DNA of 63,863 nucleotides, the filler included, from Octopus bimaculoides (taxonomy: Eukaryota), in assembly GCF_001194135.2 (NCBI RefSeq). It is 7 parts of 7 records of this genome, joined end to end, with 100 filler letters (N's around TTAATTAATTAA, not from the genome) between each part and the next. Parts side by side here need not be neighbours in the genome. Positions count along the whole stretch, not along the records: positions 49,726 to 55,598 come from NC_068981.1; positions 55,699 to 61,902 come from NW_026323093.1; positions 62,003 to 63,863 come from NW_026384312.1; 4 more parts are not named here. One strand, written 5' to 3'. The position numbers and the translations under genes are program-made. The notes under the pieces were generated by a model. It saw nothing but the letters and a program-made list of their open reading frames with translations. It was not told the origin of the DNA and did not search any database. Positions 53,457 to 63,863 of this stretch are shown here, one piece after another; the stretch's first letter is position 1, and each line of letters begins with the position of its first letter.

Positions 53457-53622
53457 ATGGCGGGCTTCTTTCAGTTTCCATCTAAGAAATCCACTCACAA
53501 AGCCTTCGTTGGCATTAGGCTATAATAGAAAACACTTGCCGAACGTGCCACGCAGTAGGACCGAACCTGGAATCATGTGGTTGGGAAAGCAAGCTTCTTA
53601 ACACACCCACTCCTGCGCCTAT
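53457..53622 (-). mobile_element. SINE family B, 5' half
   Basis: gggcttctttcagtttcc...gtgccacgcagt...catgtggttggg...cactcctgcgcc. Confidence 0.85.
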
Positions 53623-54297
53623 TAGGAGATTTTTATTTTTTTAATTTCAAATAATGTTGAAATATGTTGTACTGAATATAACACGTGTATCTGGCATTGG
53701 TCATTGGCACTAGAATCTTCGGCAACATGTTTCCATATTTCAATTGACGTAAAGTAGCAAGTCTTCATGTCGGGTCGGTCCAAGCTGATTAGTTCTTGTT
53801 AAAGCTACAGAAATTATAATTAACAGTCTATTAGTGAGTAGTTTCTTTGTCACCAAATCTATTTAAAATTCATTATTCCATTCTACACTATCCAACAATT
53901 CTAGAAATATTTCCTTTATCAAATGGTTGTAGTTTTCTCATCTATGGACAAATAAAACAGTTTTATTCAAGTTGTATTAAAATACAATGGCCATCATTAT
54001 AATGTTAGAAAATCTTTGAATTTCCTGACAATGATTTTCAAGATTTACAGCGTATTTTCGAATTCTTTATATGAAGATAATAATAGACTCCATCAGTAAG
54101 TATCGATTAAACTTCGATATTCTATGAATAGACATACGAATATAGTGCCTCAAACAGAAAAATGCTGGCGCTCTTTATAATTGTAATACAAACAGTAAAT
54201 ATTTTTAATAACCTCATAAACTCATTAACAAAAAACATGTCCAGCGGGATATTGTTGATACATTTAAAATCATAATGATTTATATACTTCCCTCCAC

Positions 54298-54341
<44 letters not shown>

Positions 54342-54364
54342 CATATGCATATATGCGTATAATT

Positions 54365-54399
<35 letters not shown>

Positions 54400-54559
54400 C
54401 ATATATCACAGTCAATAAAACCCAGCCCAGAATTTTGTCGATGTGTGTACCCTCCTGTGGGATATGCAGCCACAGGTAGTTACACAATGGCAGCTGCAAA
54501 CTGGATACACGATCAAACGATCAGTTGAGTTAGTTATAGCCTTCCTTTCCCCACGCTTT

Positions 54560-55598
54560 CCACTTGACTGATTTTTCTTTCATTTTCGTAGGTTTTTGTT
54601 CCCTTGGAGATGGTTTTATCCATTTAAACATGTTTGTGGCCATGATTTCTCATTGTTTTATTTAATGTCACATATCTGGAAAATTCGCCCGTTCTCTTGG
54701 TCGATGGCCCTCTATCACTTCACTGTCGAAGTGCTACTTTGATAGTTTGTTGCCCTACATGTACACGAGATATCTTGACCATCTTAGCTGAGTCTCTGTT
54801 AACACTGCATCTATGCTCGGCATCTTTACATCAAGAAATTTCGTGTTCCAGACGCTATGGCACCATTCGATGGATGCTTAAGATGCGTCGCAGAGAGTGC
54901 TAGTGAATGTAATGTTTTAACATGCTTGAGGTATAGAGTCGCTGACTCGCATCTATACAACAATACACTCAAAACTACTGTTCAGTATGCTGCACACTTG
55001 CTTTCCAATTTCAAGCGCGTTTCATTCTACACATGCTTGTGGAGTCGGCCATAAGAATCACTTGCCCGTGGGGCATTCGATATTGTTAAGGTCCTTGCTG
55101 CCTGTCATCATATCGGACATTTTTGTTGTTGAGCTCTTTGCTGTTATTTCTAGTCCAAAGCACTCGGTGCCAGCTGTCACAGAGTCTATAATTCACTGAA
55201 GGTCATCTTCCGAGTGAGTAACAATTGCACAGTTATTAGCAATACAAGAGGTAACTCACAGATGATTTAGTGGCTTTCGTCCTCTCTATGTCTGATATGT
55301 GAACTGAATATCTGGATCTAAGTCTTTCATGCGAGAGTGAACTAACAGGCACAAAAGCCAGCTGAAAAGTGTTGGCGTAGGAAACTTTCCACATTTACTG
55401 CATTAGTGACGAGGGACTCGTAAATGCCTCTGATTATCTTCACCATCTTGGGAGTTGTTCCGATTCGGGGAAGAATTGTCCACAGTCATTGGAGTGACAA
55501 TGTATCGACAGACTTGATGAGGTGCACAATGACAATGTAGAGATCCATGTTTTGTTCATTACATTCCTCTTGAATTTGTGTTGCAGGTAATATCGTGT
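54560..55598 (-). mobile_element. Second decayed RTE-clade LINE
   Basis: Minus-strand relics ELLY..NCAIVTHSEDDLQ, YGRLHKHV..., VVLSVLLYRCES, MPSIDAVLTETQLRWSR; runs into the gap at 55599. Confidence 0.8.
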
Positions 55599-55698
55599 NN
55601 NNNNNNNNNNNNNNNNNNNNNNNNNNNNNNNNNNNNNNNNNNTTAATTAATTAANNNNNNNNNNNNNNNNNNNNNNNNNNNNNNNNNNNNNNNNNNNN

Positions 55699-55737
<39 letters not shown>

Positions 55738-56844
55738 CCTCACCATCACGAGGCCATCACCACCACCAAATCAAGAACGAAATGATTGGATAATATTTAT
55801 AGTCTTAGTTGGTCACGCTTGGAAATCCAGCTGAAAAGTATAATGACGGTTGCTTCTGAAAAGACCCTATGGGGGGAGATGCTTGAGAATTGTAGCAGGT
55901 TGAGAAAATGAGTGAATGGGTGGATGGATGGAAAAATAGATAGATATTTAAGTAAAATAGATGGGCGAAACAATAAACACGAAACCACTGAATATTATTA
56001 AGGTTTTAGTGCGGCGCTTCATTTTGACGAGGTCACAGTTTTACTCTCTGGACGCGCAATCAAATACTATTTCCTAAGCAGCACACAATTGAGACCAGTC
56101 ATAGACAAATTTTCTGAAGGCACGTCTAGCAAAAAATTACCTTGATGATAAGCCATGTCTCGTGCGACCCACTTTTTGAACAGGGTTACCTGTGCCTGCT
56201 TTAGACAATCAATAACCAATAAAACAACATAACATATACTCTTATATTAGCTACAACCAGTACTATAACACATTCTATCGACAGATTCTATTCTGATCAA
56301 TCATTACCTAATAATGTAATATAACTCACACGGCACAGACTCGACAGCAGCATTTCCTAATCAGGGTACCGTGGAAACACATGAAGAAAGGGAGAACGCG
56401 GTGGGCCGCTGGAAATTCAGAAGAAAATAATGAGATAAATACTGAATATATGCAAACTTATGTGCAGGTTTTCAGTTGTTCTCGCATGTACTTTTCTATT
56501 TGTAATTTTATCGTACACGCATGTATATTTGATATCCTTGCGTCTGTAGATACAAAACGGGTCCTGCGGAAAAATCGACTTCTAAATAATGGAGTGTTAA
56601 GAAATTTGATCTAAACAATGCTTTGCTTCAATCGAAAGTTTTAAAACATTCTTTCTTGGGTTCAGCAAACATTTTAAAAATCAGTTTTAGCGTTTGTTCA
56701 ATCTCTTCCGGAATTTATCTTTATGATAGATAAAGGAAAGGAACAATCAAGATATTTCATAGTTTTTATTAAGGGGTTCTCCGAACCACGGAATGTATTT
56801 TAAGGGTTTCCTGGGGGTGACGTTACCCTGCGCTGCAAAAACTC

Positions 56845-57112
56845 AGCACTGAAACACATACCACTCCTCACACAGCACATAATCTACGTAGCCACCAGAC
56901 AACAAAATGTTGCAACTGCTGAGACACAGCCTCAACACAACATATGAAACACTAAAATAGCAAAAAATTGCAACAAAAATTCCACAGCAAAATGAAACAT
57001 ATGTTGTATACAAACATAGTTCCACATTAAACAATGATATGCATGCGTTAAGTTGAAAGAGGAGGTACAACTGCTGGTGCAGTAAACTGGGTGGAGACTG
57101 TTCAAAATAAGA
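56845..57112 (+). mobile_element. Probable Dong-type 3' end (family X)
   Basis: Degenerate PLL-TAHNLR motif; ends in (AAT)n. Confidence 0.4.
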
Positions 57113-57156
57113 TGATAATAATAATGGCAACAACAACAACAACAACAACAACAACA

Positions 57157-57190
<34 letters not shown>

Positions 57191-57192
<2 letters not shown>

Positions 57193-57272
57193 TAAAACCA
57201 CAGCACATACCCAAGGCACACAGAGCTGCGCTCGGTAGTGAAGTGAAAGCACGTTATAAAATAAAACTACTG
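57191..57272 (+). mobile_element. Short insert between two (AAT)n tracts, probable Dong 3' terminus
   Basis: About 80 bp of non-repetitive sequence flanked on both sides by (AAT)n; family assignment from recall only. Confidence 0.4.
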
Positions 57273-57291
57273 AATAATAATAATAATAATA

Positions 57292-57444
57292 ATCCTTTTT
57301 ACTGAAAGCACAAGGCCTGAAATTTTTGTGGAGAGTGAATAGCCGATTGCATCAACCCTAGTGTTTTACTGGTACTTAATATATCGAACCCCGATAGGAT
57401 GAAAGACAAAGTCGACCTCGACGGAATTTGAACTCAAAACGTAG
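57292..57444 (-). mobile_element. SINE family A, tail in (AAT)n
   Basis: caaagtcgacctcgacggaatttgaactc. Confidence 0.8.
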
Positions 57445-57878
57445 NNNNNNNNNNNNNNNNNNNNNNNNNNNNNNNNNNNNNNNNNNNNNNNNNNNNNNNN
57501 NNNNNNNNNNNNNNNNNNNNNNNNNNNNNNNNNNNNNNNNNNNNNNNNNNNNNNNNNNNNNNNNNNNNNNNNNNNNNNNNNNNNNNNNNNNNNNNNNNNN
57601 NNNNNNNNNNNNNNNNNNNNNNNNNNNNNNNNNNNNNNNNNNNNNNNNNNNNNNNNNNNNNNNNNNNNNNNNNNNNNNNNNNNNNNNNNNNNNNNNNNNN
57701 NNNNNNNNNNNNNNNNNNNNNNNNNNNNNNNNNNNNNNNNNNNNNNNNNNNNNNNNNNNNNNNNNNNNNNNNNNNNNNNNNNNNNNNNNNNNNNNNNNNN
57801 NNNNNNNNNNNNNNNNNNNNNNNNNNNNNNNNNNNNNNNNNNNNNNNNNNNNNNNNNNNNNNNNNNNNNNNNNNNNNN

Positions 57879-57930
<52 letters not shown>

Positions 57931-57959
57931 TAATAATGATAATAATAATAATAATGATG

Positions 57960-57990
<31 letters not shown>

Positions 57991-57998
57991 TAATAATG

Positions 57999-58066
<68 letters not shown>
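57879..58066. repeat. (AAT)n/(GAT)n microsatellite
   Basis: Direct reading. Confidence 0.95.
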
Positions 58067-58067
<1 letters not shown>

Positions 58068-58430
58068 GTTTCAAATTTTGGCACAATGCCAGTAATTTCA
58101 GAGGAGGGAGCTAGTCGATTATATCGATCCCCTGTGTTTAACTGGCACTTATTTTATCGACACCGTGAAAAGATAAAAGGCAAAGTCGACCTCCGCGGAA
58201 TTTGAACTCAGAGCATGAAGACGGACGAAATGCTAAGGCATAACAAACAAAAACTAGAAAGAAAAGGGACAGTCGAGTATATTATCCGCGTTATTTGACT
58301 GGTACTTTATTTTATGAACCCCGGAAAAATGAAAGGCGAAATTAAACTTTTGTGGGGATTCGATCACAGAATGTAGAGATCCAGAGAAAATCCCACGAGA
58401 CATTTTGTTCGTCGCTCAACCGACTGTACG
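58066..58430 (-). mobile_element. Two adjacent SINE family A copies
   Basis: 58066-58240 well conserved; 58260-58430 diverged. Confidence 0.75.
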
Positions 58431-58970
58431 NNNNNNNNNNNNNNNNNNNNNNNNNNNNNNNNNNNNNNNNNNNNNNNNNNNNNNNNNNNNNNNNNNNNNN
58501 NNNNNNNNNNNNNNNNNNNNNNNNNNNNNNNNNNNNNNNNNNNNNNNNNNNNNNNNNNNNNNNNNNNNNNNNNNNNNNNNNNNNNNNNNNNNNNNNNNNN
58601 NNNNNNNNNNNNNNNNNNNNNNNNNNNNNNNNNNNNNNNNNNNNNNNNNNNNNNNNNNNNNNNNNNNNNNNNNNNNNNNNNNNNNNNNNNNNNNNNNNNN
58701 NNNNNNNNNNNNNNNNNNNNNNNNNNNNNNNNNNNNNNNNNNNNNNNNNNNNNNNNNNNNNNNNNNNNNNNNNNNNNNNNNNNNNNNNNNNNNNNNNNNN
58801 NNNNNNNNNNNNNNNNNNNNNNNNNNNNNNNNNNNNNNNNNNNNNNNNNNNNNNNNNNNNNNNNNNNNNNNNNNNNNNNNNNNNNNNNNNNNNNNNNNNN
58901 NNNNNNNNNNNNNNNNNNNNNNNNNNNNNNNNNNNNNNNNNNNNNNNNNNNNNNNNNNNNNNNNNNNNNN

Positions 58971-59247
58971 ACCAGGAAACCCCAAAATGGCTGAAGTTCA
59001 AAAGATAGTGCTCATGGGAACTGCCCATATCCTACGTAAAATACTGTCTATGTGATCTCAAATTTTAAAGCAAACACATAATTTTCTTATGGTTTCTTAA
59101 ACATTCACTAGAACAAAACTGTACAAATCCAAATATATGGTACCCTAGGCATAACACCTACATGAACTTCTAACTTGTTGTCTCTTGAGGTCTCTGGGTG
59201 AGACTTGGATCCAACTTGTACAAATGCAAAACAAAAGTCAAACATAA
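58971..59247 (+). mobile_element. R4/Dong-clade non-LTR retroelement 3' end (family Z)
   Basis: PGNPKMAEVQKIVLMGTAHILRKILSM*, then 3' UTR ending in (AAT)n. Confidence 0.8.
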
Positions 59248-59289
59248 AATAATAATAATAATAATAATAACAATAATAATAATAATATT

Positions 59290-59755
59290 TGAGACCTATA
59301 TACACTGGAAGCTATGCCAATACTATGGAATGGCAGCAGAAAAAAAGATGATAAAGGCATATGCCAGAAAAGGTCTCAGAAAATGACAAAGCAACTATAC
59401 TCGGAGATATGCTAATACAGACAGAGAGATCAAGGCTAATATAACGGATATAGTTATCAAAAATCATCAAGAAAAAAATTGCCTTGTAATCAGCATATCA
59501 ATCCCAGCACAATGTATCTCTAAAAGGAATAGGGAAACTCTCAAAATCCAAAGGTCTGGAAATATAGCCTAAAACTAGAAACAATCCCTATTATAACAGG
59601 TGAATAAGGTATGATTAAAAAAAACATTCAATTACATAACAAAAACTGCAAGACTTAAAAGTATATATAACATATAGAAAATAGCACTACTAGACACCGC
59701 GCACATCCTACGTAAAACACTTTTAACACAATGAAAATAAGAGCACCGCACCAGT
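59290..59755 (+). mobile_element. R4/Dong-clade RLE-domain relic (family Y)
   Basis: YIHWKLCQYYG..., ENDKATIL.DM, REIKAN..DIV..., ETIPII.G, KIALLDTAHILRKTL; starts right after (AAT)n. Confidence 0.8.
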
Positions 59756-60119
59756 GTCTAGTAGAGGTGTTGCAAAAAGTTTGCCTCCTTGGCTCAGCCA
59801 GAATCATCAAGAAACTATTAGATAATTGAAGAGTACAGTTAGCATGGCACCGTAGGTTGCAGGTTACAAACCCGCTATTTATGCAATATTCCAGGAGTTC
59901 CAACAAAACCCGAGTTAAAAAGACTAATTGGTGGCGGGAGTTATCTCGCGTTTGCAATAAATATCAAGTGCGAGAAGCGCACTGAATAAACCAGCTGTAG
60001 GAAATGTCTTCCTGGGGTTAAATGGCAGCATTGTCTCTTAGAGGACAGCCACATTAAAGTGGCCATAGGCAATACTTTTTGGTTCGTATACTACCTCTAT
60101 CTCAAACAGAGAGTTTTCT
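59756..60119 (+). mobile_element. R4/Dong-clade 3' end (family W)
   Basis: LVEVLQKVCLLGSARIIKKLLDN*; downstream sequence ends at (AAT)n near 60120. Full UTR extent uncertain. Confidence 0.6.
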
Positions 60120-60306
60120 TAATAATAATAATAATAATAATAATGCACTGCTCTCTCAATAATAATAATAATAATAATGATAAGACGAAGAAGAAGAAGA
60201 AGAAGAAGAAGAAGAAGAAGAAGAAGAAGAAGAAGAAGAAGAAGAAGAAGAAGAAGAAGAAGAAGAAAGAAAGAAAGAAAGAAAGAAAGAAGGAAAGAGA
60301 AGAAGA
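60120..60306. repeat. (AAT)n, then (AAG)n/(AAAG)n purine tract
   Basis: Direct reading. Confidence 0.95.
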
Positions 60307-60315
60307 ATACGTCTG

Positions 60316-60526
60316 TCTACGTAAAATGTAATCTCAAATTTTAAAACAAACTTATAATTTTCTTATGGTTTCTTAAACATTCTCTAGAACAACACTATGT
60401 GCAAAACCAAATATATGTCACCCTAGGCATAACACCTACATGAACTTCTATCTTGTTGTCTCTTGAGGTCTCTGGGTGAGACTTGGATCCAACTTATACA
60501 AATGCAAAACAAAAGTCAGACATAAA
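60316..60526 (+). mobile_element. Second copy of Dong family Z 3' UTR
   Basis: About 90% identical by eye to 59055-59247; followed by long (AAT)n. Confidence 0.85.
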
Positions 60527-60537
60527 ATAATAATAAT

Positions 60538-60598
<61 letters not shown>

Positions 60599-60637
60599 GT
60601 AATAATAACAATGATGATAATAATAATAATAATAATG

Positions 60638-60708
<71 letters not shown>
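60527..60708. repeat. (AAT)n switching to (ATT)n
   Basis: Switch near 60674. Confidence 0.95.
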
Positions 60709-60711
60709 ATA

Positions 60712-60958
60712 AATGCAGCGAGCTGGCAGAATTGTTAGCATGCTGGGCAAAACGTTTAGCGGCATTTCGCTCGTCGCTACGTCCTGAGTTCAAGTTCTGC
60801 CGAGGTCGACTTTCCCTTTTATCCTTTCGAGGTCGATGAAATGAGTACCAGTTACGTAGTTGGGTCGATGTAATCGACTACCGTCTCCCCCAAAATTTCA
60901 GGCCTTGTACCTATAGTAGAAATGATGATTATTATTATTATTATTATTATTATTATTG
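60712..60958 (+). mobile_element. tRNA-derived SINE family A, full length, (ATT)n tail
   Basis: gcgagctggcagaattgttagc (A box) ... gagttcaagttc (B box) ... gaggtcgacttt ... aaaatttcaggccttgt ... (ATT)n. Confidence 0.9.
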
Positions 60959-61205
60959 GAGTGATAATGATGACAATGATGATGATGACGACGACGACGA
61001 CGATGATGATGTCAGAGACGATAATGAAGACAGTTATGGCGAAGAATCATCATCATCATCACCACCACTACCACTATCATCATCATTACCGTCGTCACCA
61101 AAACGATCGTCATCATCACCATCATCATCGTCATCATCATCGTCATCAGCATTGTCATCATCATCATCATCGTTATCATCATCATCATCATCATCACCCT
61201 CATAA
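60922..61205. repeat. (ATT)n, (GAT/GAC)n, then (CAT/CAC)n compound trinucleotide repeat
   Basis: Direct reading; source of the His-rich and Asp-rich pseudo-ORFs. Confidence 0.9.
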
Positions 61206-61224
61206 ACATCATCGGGATACTCAA

Positions 61225-61412
61225 CATGGTTGCTCAATAAGCTAGAAACAGCAGCCGAAACCCCCTCAAATTCTACCCTGCCGTCCTAACTTTAAAACAG
61301 GATACATAGGACAATGGTGCCTGTTTATATCCAAATAGACGAAAAGGTCGTGGCTGGAAGCACATTGATGATAAGTCTGTACATCTCGACTAACCAGGGG
61401 CTAAATTACAAT
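61225..61412 (+). mobile_element. 3' part of another SINE-like repeat (family D)
   Basis: ctagaaacagcagcc...ccctcaaattctaccct is related to the reverse complement at 29640-29720. Confidence 0.5.
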
Positions 61413-61583
61413 AGTAATCCTCACCACCATCACCGGTATGTAGACACCTGAGTACTTTTCTGGAATGCATACGCTAAATATATACTTTCACATACGCATG
61501 CAGATACATTCACATAAATACATACACGCACTTAGTCTGTCTGTCTGTCTATCTCTGTCTCTGTTTGTCAGTCTGTCTGTCTG

Positions 61584-61654
<71 letters not shown>

Positions 61655-61865
61655 GTATATATATATATATATATATATGTACTGCTTGAAGAGCTGTTAT
61701 CGGCGAAACTTCGAAATCGTAGTTCTCATGCGTTTATATCTAATATGCATACATACATATATATGCATACATACATATATATGCATATATTTGTATGTGT
61801 GTATGTAATATATGTATGTGTATATATGTGCGTTGTATCTATGTACATTTATGTGTATTAATGTG

Positions 61866-61902
<37 letters not shown>

Positions 61903-62139
61903 NNNNNNNNNNNNNNNNNNNNNNNNNNNNNNNNNNNNNNNNNNNNTTAATTAATTAANNNNNNNNNNNNNNNNNNNNNNNNNNNNNNNNNNNNNNNNNN
62001 NNAAGAAGTATTTATAAAGCGAATTTTAAAACATCGAATGGCGCTGGGGGTCCACCAGAATGAAACAGTAATCAAAGGGGTCTACAGGTAACACATGGTT
62101 GGGAGCCACTGAATTAAATGGTTCAATTAACAGAAAAAA

Positions 62140-62305
62140 CTGCACTTAGTGTGGATCTGAGAATCTGCATATTATTTTAATTTACCTGGAGTTGATGTAT
62201 GGTGCGGATTATCATCAAAATGGTTAATTGTACCATTCTGTTTTGAAATTACTGTGACTGGTCCCATTTGCATGAACCTGCTGCGATAGTCTGTTATGCC
62301 AAGGT
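62140..62305 (+). mobile_element. Tc1-like transposase fragment
   Basis: [25 protein letters not shown]...NLL..SVMP. Confidence 0.6.
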
Positions 62306-62980
62306 TCAAGAAGGCCTTAGAGCTACAGAGGATTCGGAAAGAGTTGAATGAATCTAATGGTGATTATGAAGGTACGGCATCTCGGAAAACTCACTCTGAT
62401 CATTCTGATAAGAAAAGAATTCCTGAATTTGTTGGTGAGATCCAAGCCATGACTGACAACGACGCCTCCAAGTCAATCAGGTCCATCGCCAGGGTCATGA
62501 GAGTGTCTGAGTTTCTTATCAGTCAGGTAGCGCATGAAGTCATTCGGTATTGCTCATAAAAGATGAGAAACGGTCAATTTTTGATCCCAAGCCATCGAGT
62601 TCAAGAGGAAAGACCGCACTACGAAGCTTTTAAACAAAGTCAAGCACCCCCTCCAACCGAATATGCTTTGGTTGTTCTGAGATGAGAAAAATGTCTGCCA
62701 GGATCAGATGGTAAATACACAGAACAACCGTTGGCTTGTCGTGTCCGAAAAACATGTACCGACAGTGATAAAAATCAAGCATCCAGTCAACATTATGGTG
62801 TTTTGAGTAGTCACTAGTGATGGCGACGTTATACCTCCATTCATCTTCCCATACGGCCTCAAACTCAACACGGAAGTCGACATAAAGTGCCTGGAGGAGG
62901 TAGTGATGCCCTGGGTCAAGAGGGTGACTGCTGGAAGATCCAATGTCTGGCAACAGAACAAACCATCGATAAACACCACA
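62306..62980 (+). mobile_element. maT-type transposase relic
   Basis: IQAM.DND.SKSIRSIAR..., DEKN.CQDQMVNTQNNRWL, HPVNIMVF.VVTSDGDV.PPFIFP.GL..N, VMPWVKRVTAGR..VWQQ. Confidence 0.8.
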
Positions 62981-62999
62981 AGTATGTGGGGTAATTGTG

Positions 63000-63362
63000 T
63001 GGGCGCAATAGCCCAGTGGTTAGGGCAGCGCACGCGCGGTGGTAGGATCGCGGTTTCGATTCCCAGACCGGGCGTTGTGAGTGTTTATTGAACGAAAATA
63101 CCTAAAGCTCCACGAGGCTCCGGCAGGGGATGGTGGCTGTATTCTTTCACCACAACTCTATCTTCCTGTTTCTGTTGGACCTCTATTTCAAAGGGGCCTG
63201 CCTTGTCACACTCTGTGTCACGCTGAATCTTCCCCGAGAACTACGTTAAGGGTACATGTGTCTGTGGAGTGCTCAGCCAGTTGCACGTTAATTTCACGAG
63301 CAGGCTGTTCCGTTGATCGGATCAAATTGAACCCTCGTCGTCGTAACCGATGGAGCGCCACG
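63000..63362 (+). mobile_element. tRNA-derived SINE family C, full length
   Basis: gggcgcaatagcccagtggttagggcagc...ggtttcgattccc head; body segment also seen at 25515-25625 (minus) and head at 3650-3722 (minus). Confidence 0.8.
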
Positions 63363-63822
63363 ATATATGGTGTAGCTGTCCCAATTATTTACTCTCTGCT
63401 GTAATGTGAAACAACTGACCATCAACAAAAAAAATTTGAATAAAACAGCAAATGAAAAGAACGAAAATCCCAACAAACTACAAGATGTGTTTAAATATCT
63501 CGCAACTGATTTAACAAACGATAACACTGAATTATTGATACATATCAATAATGATAAATAATTAGCCGCCTCTCTACATCGTATTTCTACACTGACTGAG
63601 CTTCTTACATTTTGTCTTTCTTCTTTTTTTTTTTGAAGCATATATCGATTAAACAATTGCTGACCTTCACAATGTTAAGCATAGTTAGCTGTATGGGTTG
63701 TATTTAAATATTTATATGTGGTTATTTCAGATATAATTATCATAGTGTTATGAACAACTCTCATTACAGCTCTATTGATTTGAGAATTACACAATGCCAC
63801 CATTATTAATGGAATGTATATT

Positions 63823-63863
<41 letters not shown>

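Noticed and set aside
56843-57214. Hydrophobic Cys-containing minus ORF as a prominin TM exon
   Set aside because: Antisense of a probable Dong 3' end plus microsatellite; no convincing splice pair.
60922-61245. His-rich or Asp-rich protein
   Set aside because: Trinucleotide microsatellite directly following a SINE tail.
63000-63075. Functional tRNA genes (also 3650-3722 and SINE heads)
   Set aside because: A/B boxes continue into SINE bodies; no complete cloverleaf.
1-63863. CRISPR arrays, rRNA genes, prokaryotic operons
   Set aside because: No regularly spaced repeat-spacer units or rRNA-like sequence; the sequence is eukaryotic.

Overview
AT-rich, gap-ridden eukaryotic scaffold dense in microsatellites and decayed transposable elements. 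The SINE/LINE complement looks like Octopus; this is inferred from recognition, not from a search. The only host gene I can support is a prominin (CD133-family) gene on the minus strand. Two consecutive exons are visible (48385-48514 and 45141-45226), with canonical splice sites and matching phases, so much of the window is probably its introns. The TE load includes at least four tRNA-derived SINE families, two RTE LINE relics, a head-to-head CR1-group LINE pair, several Penelope-like (GIY-YIG) relics with hammerhead-ribozyme motifs, a pile-up of R4/Dong-type 3' ends in (AAT)n tracts, Tc1/mariner relics, and a fold-back MITE family carrying telomere-like repeats. The most striking unexplained pattern is a recurring set of local fold-back inverted duplications with arms of 17-454 bp, often at TE ends and densest at 38.4-43.9 kb. 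Most long entries in the supplied ORF track are artefacts of microsatellites and N gaps.
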